A stretch of 64,000 nt of DNA from an uncultured Verrucomicrobiae bacterium. Lineage in GTDB: Bacteria > Verrucomicrobiota > Verrucomicrobiia > Chthoniobacterales > Terrimicrobiaceae. Below, in pieces: positions 52,576-61,768 of the stretch. How positions within the stretch are numbered: position 1 is the first letter of the stretch; every line of letters begins with the position of its first letter. The notes beneath the pieces were generated by a model. That model was not told the origin of the DNA, made no database searches, and saw only the letters and a list, made by a program, of their open reading frames with translations. The stretch lies in the NCBI GenBank assembly GCA_963706955.1, contig CAVPOC010000007.1, positions 42,261 through 106,260 on the forward strand, given 5' to 3'. Made by a program: the position numbers and the translations under genes.

Positions 52576-53493
52576 ATGAACACCGAATTCTACACTTTTG
52601 GCGAAATCCTCTGGGACTGTCTGCCCTCCGGGCGGCATGCTGGTGGAGCGCCATTCAACGTCGCCGCTCACCTCGTCCAGTTGGGTGTCTCAGCGTCTCT
52701 GATCTCAGCGATCGGCCAGGATCCGCTCGGCGACGAGATCCTGAAGGTGGCCCAAGACAAAGGAGTCAACACACAGTTTGTAACCCGTGCGCGCATCGGT
52801 CTCGCCACCGGAACTGTTCTAGCAACTGTGGACGCCTGCGGGAACGCGACCTACGAACTCGTTCAACCGGTGGCTTGGGACGAGATTAGAGTTCTTCCGA
52901 CAACCGTGGAAGCTGTTGCGCAGGCCCGCGGACTCATCTTCGGCTCGCTCGCAGGCCGGTCACCATACAACCTCGATCAGTTGAATCTCCTGCTGGCAAT
53001 CGAAGGCCCGATGAAATTCTTCGATGTCAATCTGCGCCCTCCCTTCGGCCAACCGGAGCTGGTCATGAACCTTGCGAAGCATGCCGATGTCATCAAACTC
53101 AACGATGACGAAGCTGGCAAGCTTGCTTCTTGGGTGCGTACTGGCGAAGCGAAGCTGGATACGCCGCGAAGCCTTGATGCTCTTGACGAAGCCTGCGCAG
53201 CCTTGGCGAAAGCAACCAACACCTCTCGGATCTGCGTCACGAGGGGGGCCGATGGCGCGGCGTTGTGGGAGAGCGGAAATCTGGTCTCTGCCCCGGCTCC
53301 TAAAGTGGCCATTAAGGACACGGTCGGCGCGGGCGACTCATTCATGGCGGGCCTGATGGTCGGACTAACACATGGCACGGACACACAAAAGGTGCTGGAA
53401 GACGCCTGTCGTGTCGGCGCCTTCGTTGCCTCGCACGACGGAGCGACGCCCTTGCTGCCGACGGAGATCACTCAGGAATTCAAAAGCAGGTAG
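52576..53493 (+). CDS. PfkB-family sugar kinase, fructokinase-like
   Basis: ORF 52384..53493. The ATG at 52576 gives MNTEFYTFGEILWDCLPSGRHAGGAPFNVAAHL. The C-terminal DTVGAGDSFMAG motif is present. Confidence 0.85.
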   Translation: MNTEFYTFGEILWDCLPSGRHAGGAPFNVAAHLVQLGVSASLISAIGQDPLGDEILKVAQDKGVNTQFVTRARIGLATGTVLATVDACGNATYELVQPVAWDEIRVLPTTVEAVAQARGLIFGSLAGRSPYNLDQLNLLLAIEGPMKFFDVNLRPPFGQPELVMNLAKHADVIKLNDDEAGKLASWVRTGEAKLDTPRSLDALDEACAALAKATNTSRICVTRGADGAALWESGNLVSAPAPKVAIKDTVGAGDSFMAGLMVGLTHGTDTQKVLEDACRVGAFVASHDGATPLLPTEITQEFKSR

Positions 53494-53561
53494 CCGCTTC
53501 CCGTCGCAAGGGGTTCCCTACATCTCACGGCAACTTCAGCATGGGTTAGAGAGGAAATGAG

Positions 53562-54718
53562 TTGAAACCTTTTAATTACCGGCATCCTACAGAAATCATA
53601 TTTGGATGTGGGCGCTTCGCCGAGTTGGGATCAATCGTAACTAGGTTCGGCCTCAAATGTCTGCTTGTGAGTGAACAGAAAACCGGCCCCCTTCGCGACA
53701 TTTACGACAAAGCCGAACAGTTTCTGGCGACGGAAGGCGTCGAGTTTGAGCATTTTGATGGTGTTATTCCTAATCCAACAGTCGAAATCGTTTCAGACGG
53801 GGCCAAGCTCGCGAAGGCCTTCCGACCGAACGTTATATTGGGCATTGGGGGAGGGTCGAGCCTCGACTCTGCAAAAGCGATCGCAGTGGAGGCAACTCAC
53901 GAAGGATCCTGCTGGGACTATCTCTTCTTCAAGAACAAACCGACCGACCGGACCCTTCCGATAGTCGCGGTTGGAACAACCGCAGGCACGGGCTCGCAGG
54001 TCACCCAGGTAGCGGTAGTGACGCAAACTGCTACTCGCGATAAATCGGCTCTCTACGACAATCATCTAATCCCTCGAGTTGCGTTGGTGGATCCTGAATT
54101 GACCCTATCACTTCCAGCCAAAATCACCGCTGTTACGGGATTCGACGTATTCTGCCACGCGTTTGAATCGACACTGAACCCAGGCAGTAATCCGATGTCG
54201 GAAATTGTGGCCTGGGAAGCGATTCGACACGTGATCACCGATTTGCCAACTTTAATACAGGATGGCCACAACCTTAGGGGTCGAAGCAGTTTAGCTTGGG
54301 CAGACACCTTGGCTGGTCTGTCCATTTGCGCCGCCGGAACCACTCTGCCTCATGGAATTGCTATGGCAATCGGCGGGATGTACCCGGCGTGGCTCACGGC
54401 GCAGCGCTCGCCAGTATCTATCTGGCGTGTATGAAATTTTCCTGGCAATCCGCGATACGTCAGTTTGCGAAGCTCGGGCGGATTCTGGATATTTCGTTAC
54501 ATCAGGCCGATGATGGAATGGCAGCTCAGTCGAGCATCGAATTGTTTGCGAAGTTTCTGGCTCGAATCGAGCTAAACTACTCGCTGAAGCAGCTGGGTGT
54601 TTCGGAGGAGGAATTATCGGCACTCGCTAAGCAGTCGATGGTGCTTCCAGATTACACAAAAAATCCAAAAATACCGACCGGCACTGAAATGCTCTCGATA
54701 ATTAAGCAATCCTTTTAG
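53562..54718 (+). CDS. Iron-containing (group III) alcohol dehydrogenase, with a frame disruption at about 54383-54387
   Basis: GIGGGSSLDSAKAIA motif and LPHGIAMAIGGMYP / GVAHGAALA, split between ORFs 53562..54434 and 54296..54718. One nucleotide appears to be missing in tacccggcg. A TTG start follows gagagga. Confidence 0.8.
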
Positions 54719-54767
54719 CGTTATGCAGCCCTGTCGGTCCAACGGTTTATGGCCGTTATGCAGGAGA

Positions 54768-55946
54768 CTACGTCGAGCTTGCTGCTATGCTCTTATTCGC
54801 CAGACGAAATGCACGCGGGGTCATTTTAGTTTGAGTGCGAAAAACGCGGAAGAAATGATTGAGGTTTCCAAATCCAGATTTCATCGCGACAGTAGCGATG
54901 GCCAACTCAGTGGATTCCAACAGCGTGCGGGCATGATTCACGCGAATTCGTAGAATTTCAGCTAGGATGCTTCGATCAAGCTCCTTTCGAAATGCTTTTT
55001 CCAAAAATCGACGAGATAAGTTGCACTCTTCGACGACAGAAGAAACCGACAAGTCTTTTCGAACGAAATTGGCCCGTATGTAGCGGCTAGCTTTAGCCAC
55101 CTCCGGATGTTCAATGGCGAGCACATCTGTGCTCTTTCGAGTTATGACTCCTTTTGGCGCTATCCGCTCGGGCACTATAGGCGCCGCCCGACCCTCCATC
55201 AATCGATCCAATAAGGCAGCTGCCTGATAGGCCATTCCCTCAAGATCGTGTCGGACGCTGGTTAGTGGCACTTGCGCGCACTCACAAAGGATCGGATCAT
55301 TATCCACTCCAATGACCGCAACTTCCTGCGGAATATGGATTCCTGCCTCAATGCACGCGTCCATGATATCCGTAGCAACATAGTCATTGTAGCAGAAGAT
55401 ACCGACAGGATGATGTAACGAGCGAATCGCGCGGATCAACGATCTGCGGCGCAAGGTCCAGTTTAGGTGCCTGCTGTGGGAGGCCTCTTTACGATTGCTT
55501 ACTGGAATCAGTCGAACACACTCATATCCAGCGGCCTGTAGGGATCGAGAAAAACCAAGATAGCGCTCTTTGTTCACTTGATCGTCCCAGAATGGAGCCC
55601 AGGCAAAGCTCTTAAAATTACGCTGAAGAAGATGCTCCGAAGCCAGACGGCCTATCGCCTCGTTATCCTCACCCACATGAGGCAAGCCTAAATCCTGGCG
55701 AACGGACGAAATTTCAACCGCGGGCACGTCTGCCGACTTTACGTAATTGGCGAGCTCTTCCCAATATCCCACAAAAGAGAGGATTCCATCGCCTTTCCAC
55801 CCTATCGGGACCATGGACGCGTAGATTGTATCGGCCACCAGATGCCAGTGATGTTGTACCGCGTACCGCGATGCGCCCCGGTAGAAACCGTGGTGGGTCG
55901 CGGAAGTTATTGCTAGCAGAACTGTGCGCTTACGACGCGTGCGCAT
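54768..55946 (-). CDS. XylR-type transcriptional regulator (periplasmic-binding-protein-like sensor domain plus C-terminal AraC-family HTH)
   Basis: 392-aa ORF. The N-terminal LacI/PBP-like fold contains VGIFCYNDYVA and VIGVDND. The C-terminal AraC HTH contains GFGNLNHFFRVFRTQTKMTPRAFR. The length equals E. coli XylR. Confidence 0.85.
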   Translation of the reverse strand: MRTRRKRTVLLAITSATHHGFYRGASRYAVQHHWHLVADTIYASMVPIGWKGDGILSFVGYWEELANYVKSADVPAVEISSVRQDLGLPHVGEDNEAIGRLASEHLLQRNFKSFAWAPFWDDQVNKERYLGFSRSLQAAGYECVRLIPVSNRKEASHSRHLNWTLRRRSLIRAIRSLHHPVGIFCYNDYVATDIMDACIEAGIHIPQEVAVIGVDNDPILCECAQVPLTSVRHDLEGMAYQAAALLDRLMEGRAAPIVPERIAPKGVITRKSTDVLAIEHPEVAKASRYIRANFVRKDLSVSSVVEECNLSRRFLEKAFRKELDRSILAEILRIRVNHARTLLESTELAIATVAMKSGFGNLNHFFRVFRTQTKMTPRAFRLANKSIAASST

Positions 55947-56110
55947 ATTGCGATATTTTGGCGATCTTTTTGCGCAAATTAGTGCTATTCACTGAAGATT
56001 CAAGCTGGATATACTTTTGAGCGGAACAAATCGTTGTTGTGCCCACGGCGAAAGAACGTCTTACCAAGCAACCCCTCAACCCTGCCGAGAACAAGAAGAG
56101 ACCTATGAAA
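55910..56110 (+). promoter_or_regulatory. Regulatory cassette copy 2: divergent control region of the XylR-like gene and the downstream ABC operon
   Basis: The TGCGCA boxes at 55940 and 55971 are 31 bp apart, owing to an extra 10-11 bp gcgatctttt-like duplication. A tatact -10-like element sits at 56010-56015. The conserved tail ends in aacaagaagagacctatgaa. Confidence 0.45.
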
Positions 56111-56150
56111 AGAGCATCTCGCTTTCCTGTCAGTCATCTCCTTCATCTAG

Positions 56151-56349
56151 GACCATCGGGCGGAAGATGAGAATCGAAATCCGGGTTCGTCGGACCCCGA
56201 CGCGTTCAACAATTCGAATATCGAATCGGCGGACGTCGTCATCTTCACCTGCGATGTGCGGATCAAGCCGGGGGGCCCTTTCCCGCCAAATCGATTTACG
56301 AAACCCGCTCCAGCGTCGCAATCCTTCTCTGCATCAACGCGGGGCCTGA
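56151..56349 (+). pseudogene. Possible debris of a PTS EIIB (fructose-type) domain gene
   Basis: One frame reads GSSDPDAFNNSNIESADVVIFTCDVRIKPGG. After the G6 run at 56271-56276 a shifted frame reads PFPAKSIYETRSSVAIL. This resembles the GSxGxxNxLTxEDIxxADVVIxAxDxxxxxxRFxGKxxY block of fructose-type EIIB. No intact start or active-site Cys region was found. Confidence 0.3.
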
Positions 56350-56392
56350 AAAAAGCAATTTCCCTGATCATAAATAGCAATCAACAAATCCA

Positions 56393-57340
56393 ATGAAAAA
56401 ACAATATATCAAGAACCTATTAGGTGTATGTCTGGTCATGGTGGTAGGCCTGACAACAGCTAGTTCAGCAGACAAGAAGGTCAAAGTCGGGATGGCCGTC
56501 CAGGATCTAAGCAATCCGACATGGGCAGGCTATTGTCAGGCTATCAAAAAGGAGGTCGAATCTAAGGGTGGAAGTTTGAATTTCGTTTCCTGTGAAAGCA
56601 ATGTTAACAAGCAAATCACTCAAATCGAAAACTTCGTCTCAAGCGGCGTCAATGTTTTGATTGTTCATCCAGCTGACCCCGCAGGGGTGGAAGACGCTTT
56701 AAAACAAGCAAGGGAAAAGGGGATAAAGGTCCTCGCCTGGGACGACAACCTTGAGAACGCCGATCTGGCTTGGCTGATCGACAATCGTAAATTGGGGAAT
56801 GTAATCGGCGAACAGGCTGCCAAGTGGATCAATGAAAAACTTGGCGGAAAAGCAGAGGTCGCCATCCTTAATTACCCGCAGTTACCGATCTTGCTGGAAC
56901 GAGGAAATGGCATTAAGGAAGCCATTATTAAGGGAGCGCCAAATGCGAAAATCGTAGCAGAGACCAGTGCCATCAATCCTGCTGAAGGCATTTCCAAGAT
57001 GGAGACGATCTTCCAGTCCAACCCTAATGTCAAAGTTGTTGGATGTATCGGCGGTGGCGGCTCGGTGGGTGCCAATGAAGCGGCAAAAGCAGGAAACAAA
57101 ATCACAGACGACTTCGGCATCTTCGCAGCTGATGCAACCCAACCGGAACTTCTCGCGATCAAGAACAATGAGGGCGTCAGAATGAGCGTAACGATTACGG
57201 GCACCAATAAGGTCATCGCCGAAAAAGTTGCGGCCATGGTTGATCAACTGGCTTCGGGACAACCGATAGAGAAAAAAGAGGTCTATCGCGAGATGATTCC
57301 CGTCACTAAAGAGAATGTTGATGAATACATCGTCAAGTAA
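56393..57340 (+). CDS. Sugar ABC transporter substrate-binding protein (RbsB-like), lower-GC copy
   Basis: 315-aa ORF with signal peptide MKKQYIKNLLGVCLVMVVGLTTASSA and a PBP type I fold. Confidence 0.9.
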   Translation: MKKQYIKNLLGVCLVMVVGLTTASSADKKVKVGMAVQDLSNPTWAGYCQAIKKEVESKGGSLNFVSCESNVNKQITQIENFVSSGVNVLIVHPADPAGVEDALKQAREKGIKVLAWDDNLENADLAWLIDNRKLGNVIGEQAAKWINEKLGGKAEVAILNYPQLPILLERGNGIKEAIIKGAPNAKIVAETSAINPAEGISKMETIFQSNPNVKVVGCIGGGGSVGANEAAKAGNKITDDFGIFAADATQPELLAIKNNEGVRMSVTITGTNKVIAEKVAAMVDQLASGQPIEKKEVYREMIPVTKENVDEYIVK

Positions 57341-57458
57341 GCCGCCCACCGTATGAATTCACCTTGCGTGTATGGCCTGGAATTCCGCATCGGGTATCGC
57401 CAGGCTATGCGTGAGGTAATCACGGCGGCAGAGGCTCGCAATGCATAAATAATAAATT

Positions 57459-58937
57459 ATGTATATTTTGCAGTTACAAAATATAACGAAGAAATATCCA
57501 GGCGTCGTTGCGCTGAACGACGTCAGCATTGACGTTGTCAAAGGCGAAGCACATGCATTGGTCGGGGAGAACGGCGCCGGCAAATCGACATTGATCAAGA
57601 GTTGCACAGGCGCAGTCGTCCCGGATAGTGGCAAGATAATTGTCCAAGGCAAGGAGTTTTCGTCTCTCACCCCCACGTCCTCTGAAGAAAACGGAATTGG
57701 GGTAATTTATCAGGAATTCAATCTGGTGGGGGAACTTTCTGTCGCGGAAAATATCTTTCTGGGAAGAGCCATTAGAAAAGGGATCATTATCGATCAGAAG
57801 GCTATGGTCAGGGAGTCTGAAGCCATCTTCAAGCAGTTCAACATCGATATCGATCCGAACGGGTTGGTTAGTAATCTGACTGTCGGTTATCAACAGCTCG
57901 TAGAAATCGCCAAAGCCATATCGCAAAAGGCAAAAATTTTGATCATGGACGAGCCGTCCGCGCCGTTAACCAAGGCCGAGGCGGAACGGCTTTATGAAAT
58001 GGTAGAGAAACTGAAGGCCTCAGGGGTAACGATCATCTACATCTCGCATCGGATGGAGGAAATTTTCAGGCTGACAGATCGGATCACCGTGTTGAGGGAT
58101 GGTCAAAAAATTGCCACCTTAAACACGCGCGATACGAATCTGGACGCCCTGGTCAAACTCATGGTTGGTCGTGAGCTTAAAGAAACCTACCCGAAGCGAA
58201 AGGATTGCATTTCTGATGAGGTTTTGCTGGATGTCCAGAATTTAACTGGAAACGGGGTGCACGATGTCACCTTTCAAATCCGGAAAGGCGAAGTGTTGGG
58301 ATTTGCGGGACTGATTGGCGCAGGTCGAACGGAGCTGGCGGAAGTGCTTTTTGGAGCGAAGCGGAAAACCGGCGGAACCGTGGTCCTGAATGGCAAGCAG
58401 AGCGATCCGAAATCGCCTCGAGAAGCCATTGACACCGGGATTGCGCTTGTTCCGGAAGATAGGAAAAAGCAGGGGGCATTGATGGAAGTAGACATCCGGG
58501 GCAATATCAGCATGGCGATCATTGAAAGGATATCGAAATTCTTCACGGTCAATAAGACCGAAGAAAAGCGTATCGCCAATTACTATAAGGATGCCATCAG
58601 GATCAAGACCCCGACTATCGAGCAGAAGATTAAGAACCTGAGTGGCGGCAACCAGCAAAAGGTCATTATCGCCAGATGGCTGGCATCCGAACCGACCCTG
58701 GTCATTTTCGATGAACCGACCAGGGGAATCGATGTTGGTGCGAAATCTGAAATTTACGCATTGGTAAATGAACTGGTCGAATCGGGTAAGGCTGTGCTGA
58801 TGATTTCTTCGGAAATGGAAGAAGTCATGGGGATGTCGGATCGAATTATCGTTCTGCGGGAAGGGCGAATATCCGGAATGTTGAATCGAGCAGAATTTAA
58901 TCAAGAAACCATCATGGCCTTTGCGTCCCGATCCTGA
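57459..58937 (+). CDS. Sugar ABC transporter ATP-binding protein with duplicated ATPase domains (RbsA-like)
   Basis: GENGAGKST Walker [16 protein letters not shown] signature and [15 protein letters not shown]; 492 aa. Confidence 0.9.
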   Translation: MYILQLQNITKKYPGVVALNDVSIDVVKGEAHALVGENGAGKSTLIKSCTGAVVPDSGKIIVQGKEFSSLTPTSSEENGIGVIYQEFNLVGELSVAENIFLGRAIRKGIIIDQKAMVRESEAIFKQFNIDIDPNGLVSNLTVGYQQLVEIAKAISQKAKILIMDEPSAPLTKAEAERLYEMVEKLKASGVTIIYISHRMEEIFRLTDRITVLRDGQKIATLNTRDTNLDALVKLMVGRELKETYPKRKDCISDEVLLDVQNLTGNGVHDVTFQIRKGEVLGFAGLIGAGRTELAEVLFGAKRKTGGTVVLNGKQSDPKSPREAIDTGIALVPEDRKKQGALMEVDIRGNISMAIIERISKFFTVNKTEEKRIANYYKDAIRIKTPTIEQKIKNLSGGNQQKVIIARWLASEPTLVIFDEPTRGIDVGAKSEIYALVNELVESGKAVLMISSEMEEVMGMSDRIIVLREGRISGMLNRAEFNQETIMAFASRS

Positions 58938-58957
58938 AAAAGCATAGGAATATTCCA

Positions 58958-59926
58958 ATGAAATACTTCGAAAAACTGAAAGTCGCGGCTGGCGCTGTAG
59001 AGTTCTTAAAAAGATACGGAATATATGTCGTGCTTCTGGCGCTGATCATATTTTTCTCGATCGCGACAGAGAATTTTTTTCGCTCCAGCAATCTGCTTAA
59101 TGTTGCCAGGCAGGTATCTATGCTCGGCATTGCGGCGGTCGGCTTCGCGTTTGTTCTGCTGTTGGGGGGCATAGACCTGTCGATTGGGTCGGTGGTTACA
59201 TTGGTGAACATTGTCGCAGCGTGGTTGATGGTCAACGCCGCGATGAATCCTATTTTGGCCAGCATTGTGGCATTGATAATGAGCGCCGCGATCGGATTTA
59301 CTAATGGATGGATTATTGCCAATATTAGAATGCCGCCCCTGATCGTGACCCTGGCGATGATGATTATCGTTGAAGGGGTGGCCTACATGATTTGTAAGGG
59401 ACTCCCGATTTACGGGTTTCCAAAATCCTTCGCGGTGATAGGGCAGGGATATGTAGGCCCCATTCCAATTCCGGTGATCATCATGGCTATCATCTTGGCT
59501 ATCGGATCGTTCATCCTAAATAAGACGTATTTTGGCAGATATTTTTACGCGGTTGGCGGCAATGAACAGGCTGCAAATCTATCGGGAATCAAAGTTAATA
59601 ATGTAAAATATCTGGTGTATACGCTGTCGGGACTCTTCGCGGGAATCGCGGGCATCGTTATCTTGTCCAGGACGAACTCGGCTCAGGTTTTGTCTGGCAA
59701 AGGACTGGAATTCGACGTGTTGACAGCATGTGTTCTCGGTGGTGTAAGTGTGACGGGTGGCTTCGGCAAGATTTCCAATGTGGTTGCCGGCGTCCTGATT
59801 CTGGGTGTTCTGAGCAATGGCCTGGTATTGCTTGACGTGAGCCAGTTTGCCCAAATGGTTATTAAGGGTGCGGTCTTGATGTTGGCCGTAGCATTCGATT
59901 GTTTGCAGCATCGCAAGGCGAGTTGA
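58958..59926 (+). CDS. Sugar ABC transporter permease (RbsC-like)
   Basis: 322-aa polytopic ORF with GGIDLSIGS and GGVSVTGGFGKISN motifs. Confidence 0.9.
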   Translation: MKYFEKLKVAAGAVEFLKRYGIYVVLLALIIFFSIATENFFRSSNLLNVARQVSMLGIAAVGFAFVLLLGGIDLSIGSVVTLVNIVAAWLMVNAAMNPILASIVALIMSAAIGFTNGWIIANIRMPPLIVTLAMMIIVEGVAYMICKGLPIYGFPKSFAVIGQGYVGPIPIPVIIMAIILAIGSFILNKTYFGRYFYAVGGNEQAANLSGIKVNNVKYLVYTLSGLFAGIAGIVILSRTNSAQVLSGKGLEFDVLTACVLGGVSVTGGFGKISNVVAGVLILGVLSNGLVLLDVSQFAQMVIKGAVLMLAVAFDCLQHRKAS

Positions 59927-59933
59927 AACACCG

Positions 59934-60662
59934 ATGAAAACAATTGCAATTTCCAGATTAATTGGCAGCGAAGGGGCCAAAATCGGCCGGCAAGTGACCG
60001 AGGCTTTAGGATACACTTTGGTGAATAAAAGCGTTCTGGAGGGGATATTCCGCCAATACGGGCTGGAAAAATTTGGCGAACTATATACGTCTCCACCAAA
60101 TATTTGGGATTTAGCAAACGCGAGGAATTTGGAAATCGTTTCGATGTTAAATGAGACAATGGAAGCCCTAGCCCAGCGAGGGGATACGTTGATACTGGGG
60201 CGGGGTGGCTATGCCTCTCTGAGCAAGTATGCAGATGTACTCAACGTGCGCCTCCATGCCCCGTTCTCAGTCAGAGTGGAACGAGTGATGGCCCGGGAAA
60301 ACATATCCGACCGCTTGCGAACTGAGCAACGAGTCAAAATAGACGACACGGCCCGGCAAAAGTTCGTCTCGATGTTCTATAACCAAGCCTGGGATAACGC
60401 ATCAAACTTCGATCTGGCAATTGATACCGATACCATATCAACTGAGATGGCTGCGGACTGGATCATCGAAGCAGCCAGGGCACTTTCGCCAAAAGAATTC
60501 AAACCAGATGCAGTCACAGCCGAACGGGCCAAAGTAGACCCTGCCTTATTGGACGCGATAAATATTGCCCTAGCACGCCAGGTTCCTTCTGTGAATGAGG
60601 ACTCTGACCAGAAAGGAAACAGAAACTCCGGCATAATAGCCGGAGCCTTGAAAAGGCATTAA
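59934..60662 (+). CDS. Cytidylate-kinase-like family (AAA_28/PF13189-type) P-loop protein
   Basis: MKTIAISRLIGSEGAKIGRQVTEALGYTLVNKSVL is the characteristic N-terminus of the 'cytidylate kinase-like family protein' group. It starts 8 bp after the permease gene. Confidence 0.65.
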   Translation: MKTIAISRLIGSEGAKIGRQVTEALGYTLVNKSVLEGIFRQYGLEKFGELYTSPPNIWDLANARNLEIVSMLNETMEALAQRGDTLILGRGGYASLSKYADVLNVRLHAPFSVRVERVMARENISDRLRTEQRVKIDDTARQKFVSMFYNQAWDNASNFDLAIDTDTISTEMAADWIIEAARALSPKEFKPDAVTAERAKVDPALLDAINIALARQVPSVNEDSDQKGNRNSGIIAGALKRH

Positions 60663-60717
60663 CGGCTCGTGGAGGGTATCAGAGAGTTTTTGATTGGGTC
60701 ATCACCTGAGAGAGTTC

Positions 60718-60910
60718 TTGCTAGCTGAACTGTGCCCTTACAACGCGTGCGCATATTGCGAATATTTGTGCGCAAATTAGCGCTATTCACTGAAGGTTCA
60801 AGCTGGATATAATTTGAGCGCAACAAATCCTTCCTTCCGTTGTGCCCCACGGCGAAGAACCTTTTACCTAGTGACCCCTCAACCTGCCGACAACAAGAAG
60901 AGAACTATGA
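60718..60910 (+). promoter_or_regulatory. Regulatory cassette copy 3, upstream of the ribitol-dehydrogenase-like SDR
   Basis: It carries 12 codons of the XylR-like N-terminus (minus strand, MRTRCKGTVQLA). TGCGCA boxes at 60748 and 60769 are 21 bp apart. ttcact-N16-tataat ends at 60808-60813. The conserved tail ends in aacaagaagagaactatgaa. It is collinear with 55910-56110 over about 190 bp. Confidence 0.45.
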
Positions 60911-61038
60911 AGGCGAGAAATTGTTCGGTCGGCTCCGAGCCCCCAGATTTTTTTCATCTTAAAGTGAGTATTCAATCCTAATATGAAATGTTTGTTCATG
61001 TCAGGTGATGACAACCCCACACTAAGAGCAGAGAAAAG

Positions 61039-61768
61039 ATGGCAGAGGAATTAGAAGGTAAGGTCGCCGCTGTCACCGGTGGCGCGTCGGGCATCGGGCT
61101 GGCCAGCGCCGAGGCGATGCTTGGCGGCTGGTGCGCGCGTGGTGCTGGTCGACCGCGATGAGGCGGCGTTAACGGCACTCCGCGAAAAGCACGGCGACGC
61201 GTTGATTCCACTGGTCATCGATCTGCTCGACGCGAGGAGCTGCGCGACGTTGATGCCGCAGATCCTGGAGAAGGCAGGCCGACTCGACATCCTGCACGCC
61301 AATGCCGGCCTTTATATCGGTGGCGACTTGGTCGATGCCAACACCGACGCGATTGATAGGATGCTGAACCTTAACGTCAACGTGGTGATGAAAAACGTCC
61401 ACGATGTCTTGCCGCATATGATCGAGCGTGGTTCCGGCGACATCGTGGTGACGAGTTCGTTAGCGGCCCACTTTCCGACGCCGTGGGAGCCGGTCTATGC
61501 GTCGTCCAAATGGGCTATAAACTGCTTCGTCCAAACTGTCCGCCGCCAGGTCTTCAAGCATGGCATCCGCGTTGGCTCGATCTCGCCCGGTCCCGTCATC
61601 ACCGCGCTTATCGCCGACTGGCCGGAGGAGAAATTGAAGGAGGCAAAGGAATCAGGCAGCCTAATCGAACCGAGCGAGGTGGCCAATGTGGTGATGTTCA
61701 TGCTGACTCGGCCACGCGGGATGACCATTCGCGACGTGGTCATGCTGCCCACCAATTTCGACCTCTAG
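61039..61768 (+). CDS. Short-chain dehydrogenase/reductase, ribitol 2-dehydrogenase (RbtD)-like, with a frame disruption at about 61119-61124
   Basis: The ATG at 61039 gives MAEELEGKVAAVTGGASGIGLASAEAML and then a frame switch to AAGARVVLVDRDE (ORF 61079..61768). GRLDILHANAG, WEPVYASSKWA, GIRVGSISPGPVITAL and MTIRDVVMLPTNFDL parallel Klebsiella RbtD as I recall it. Confidence 0.8.

Noticed and set aside
56017-56349. 110-aa ORF as a genuine gene
   Set aside because: Its first part is the conserved non-coding leader shared with copy 3 of the cassette. The product is Arg/Ser-rich, and the only family-like signal lies in other frames. I treat it as debris.
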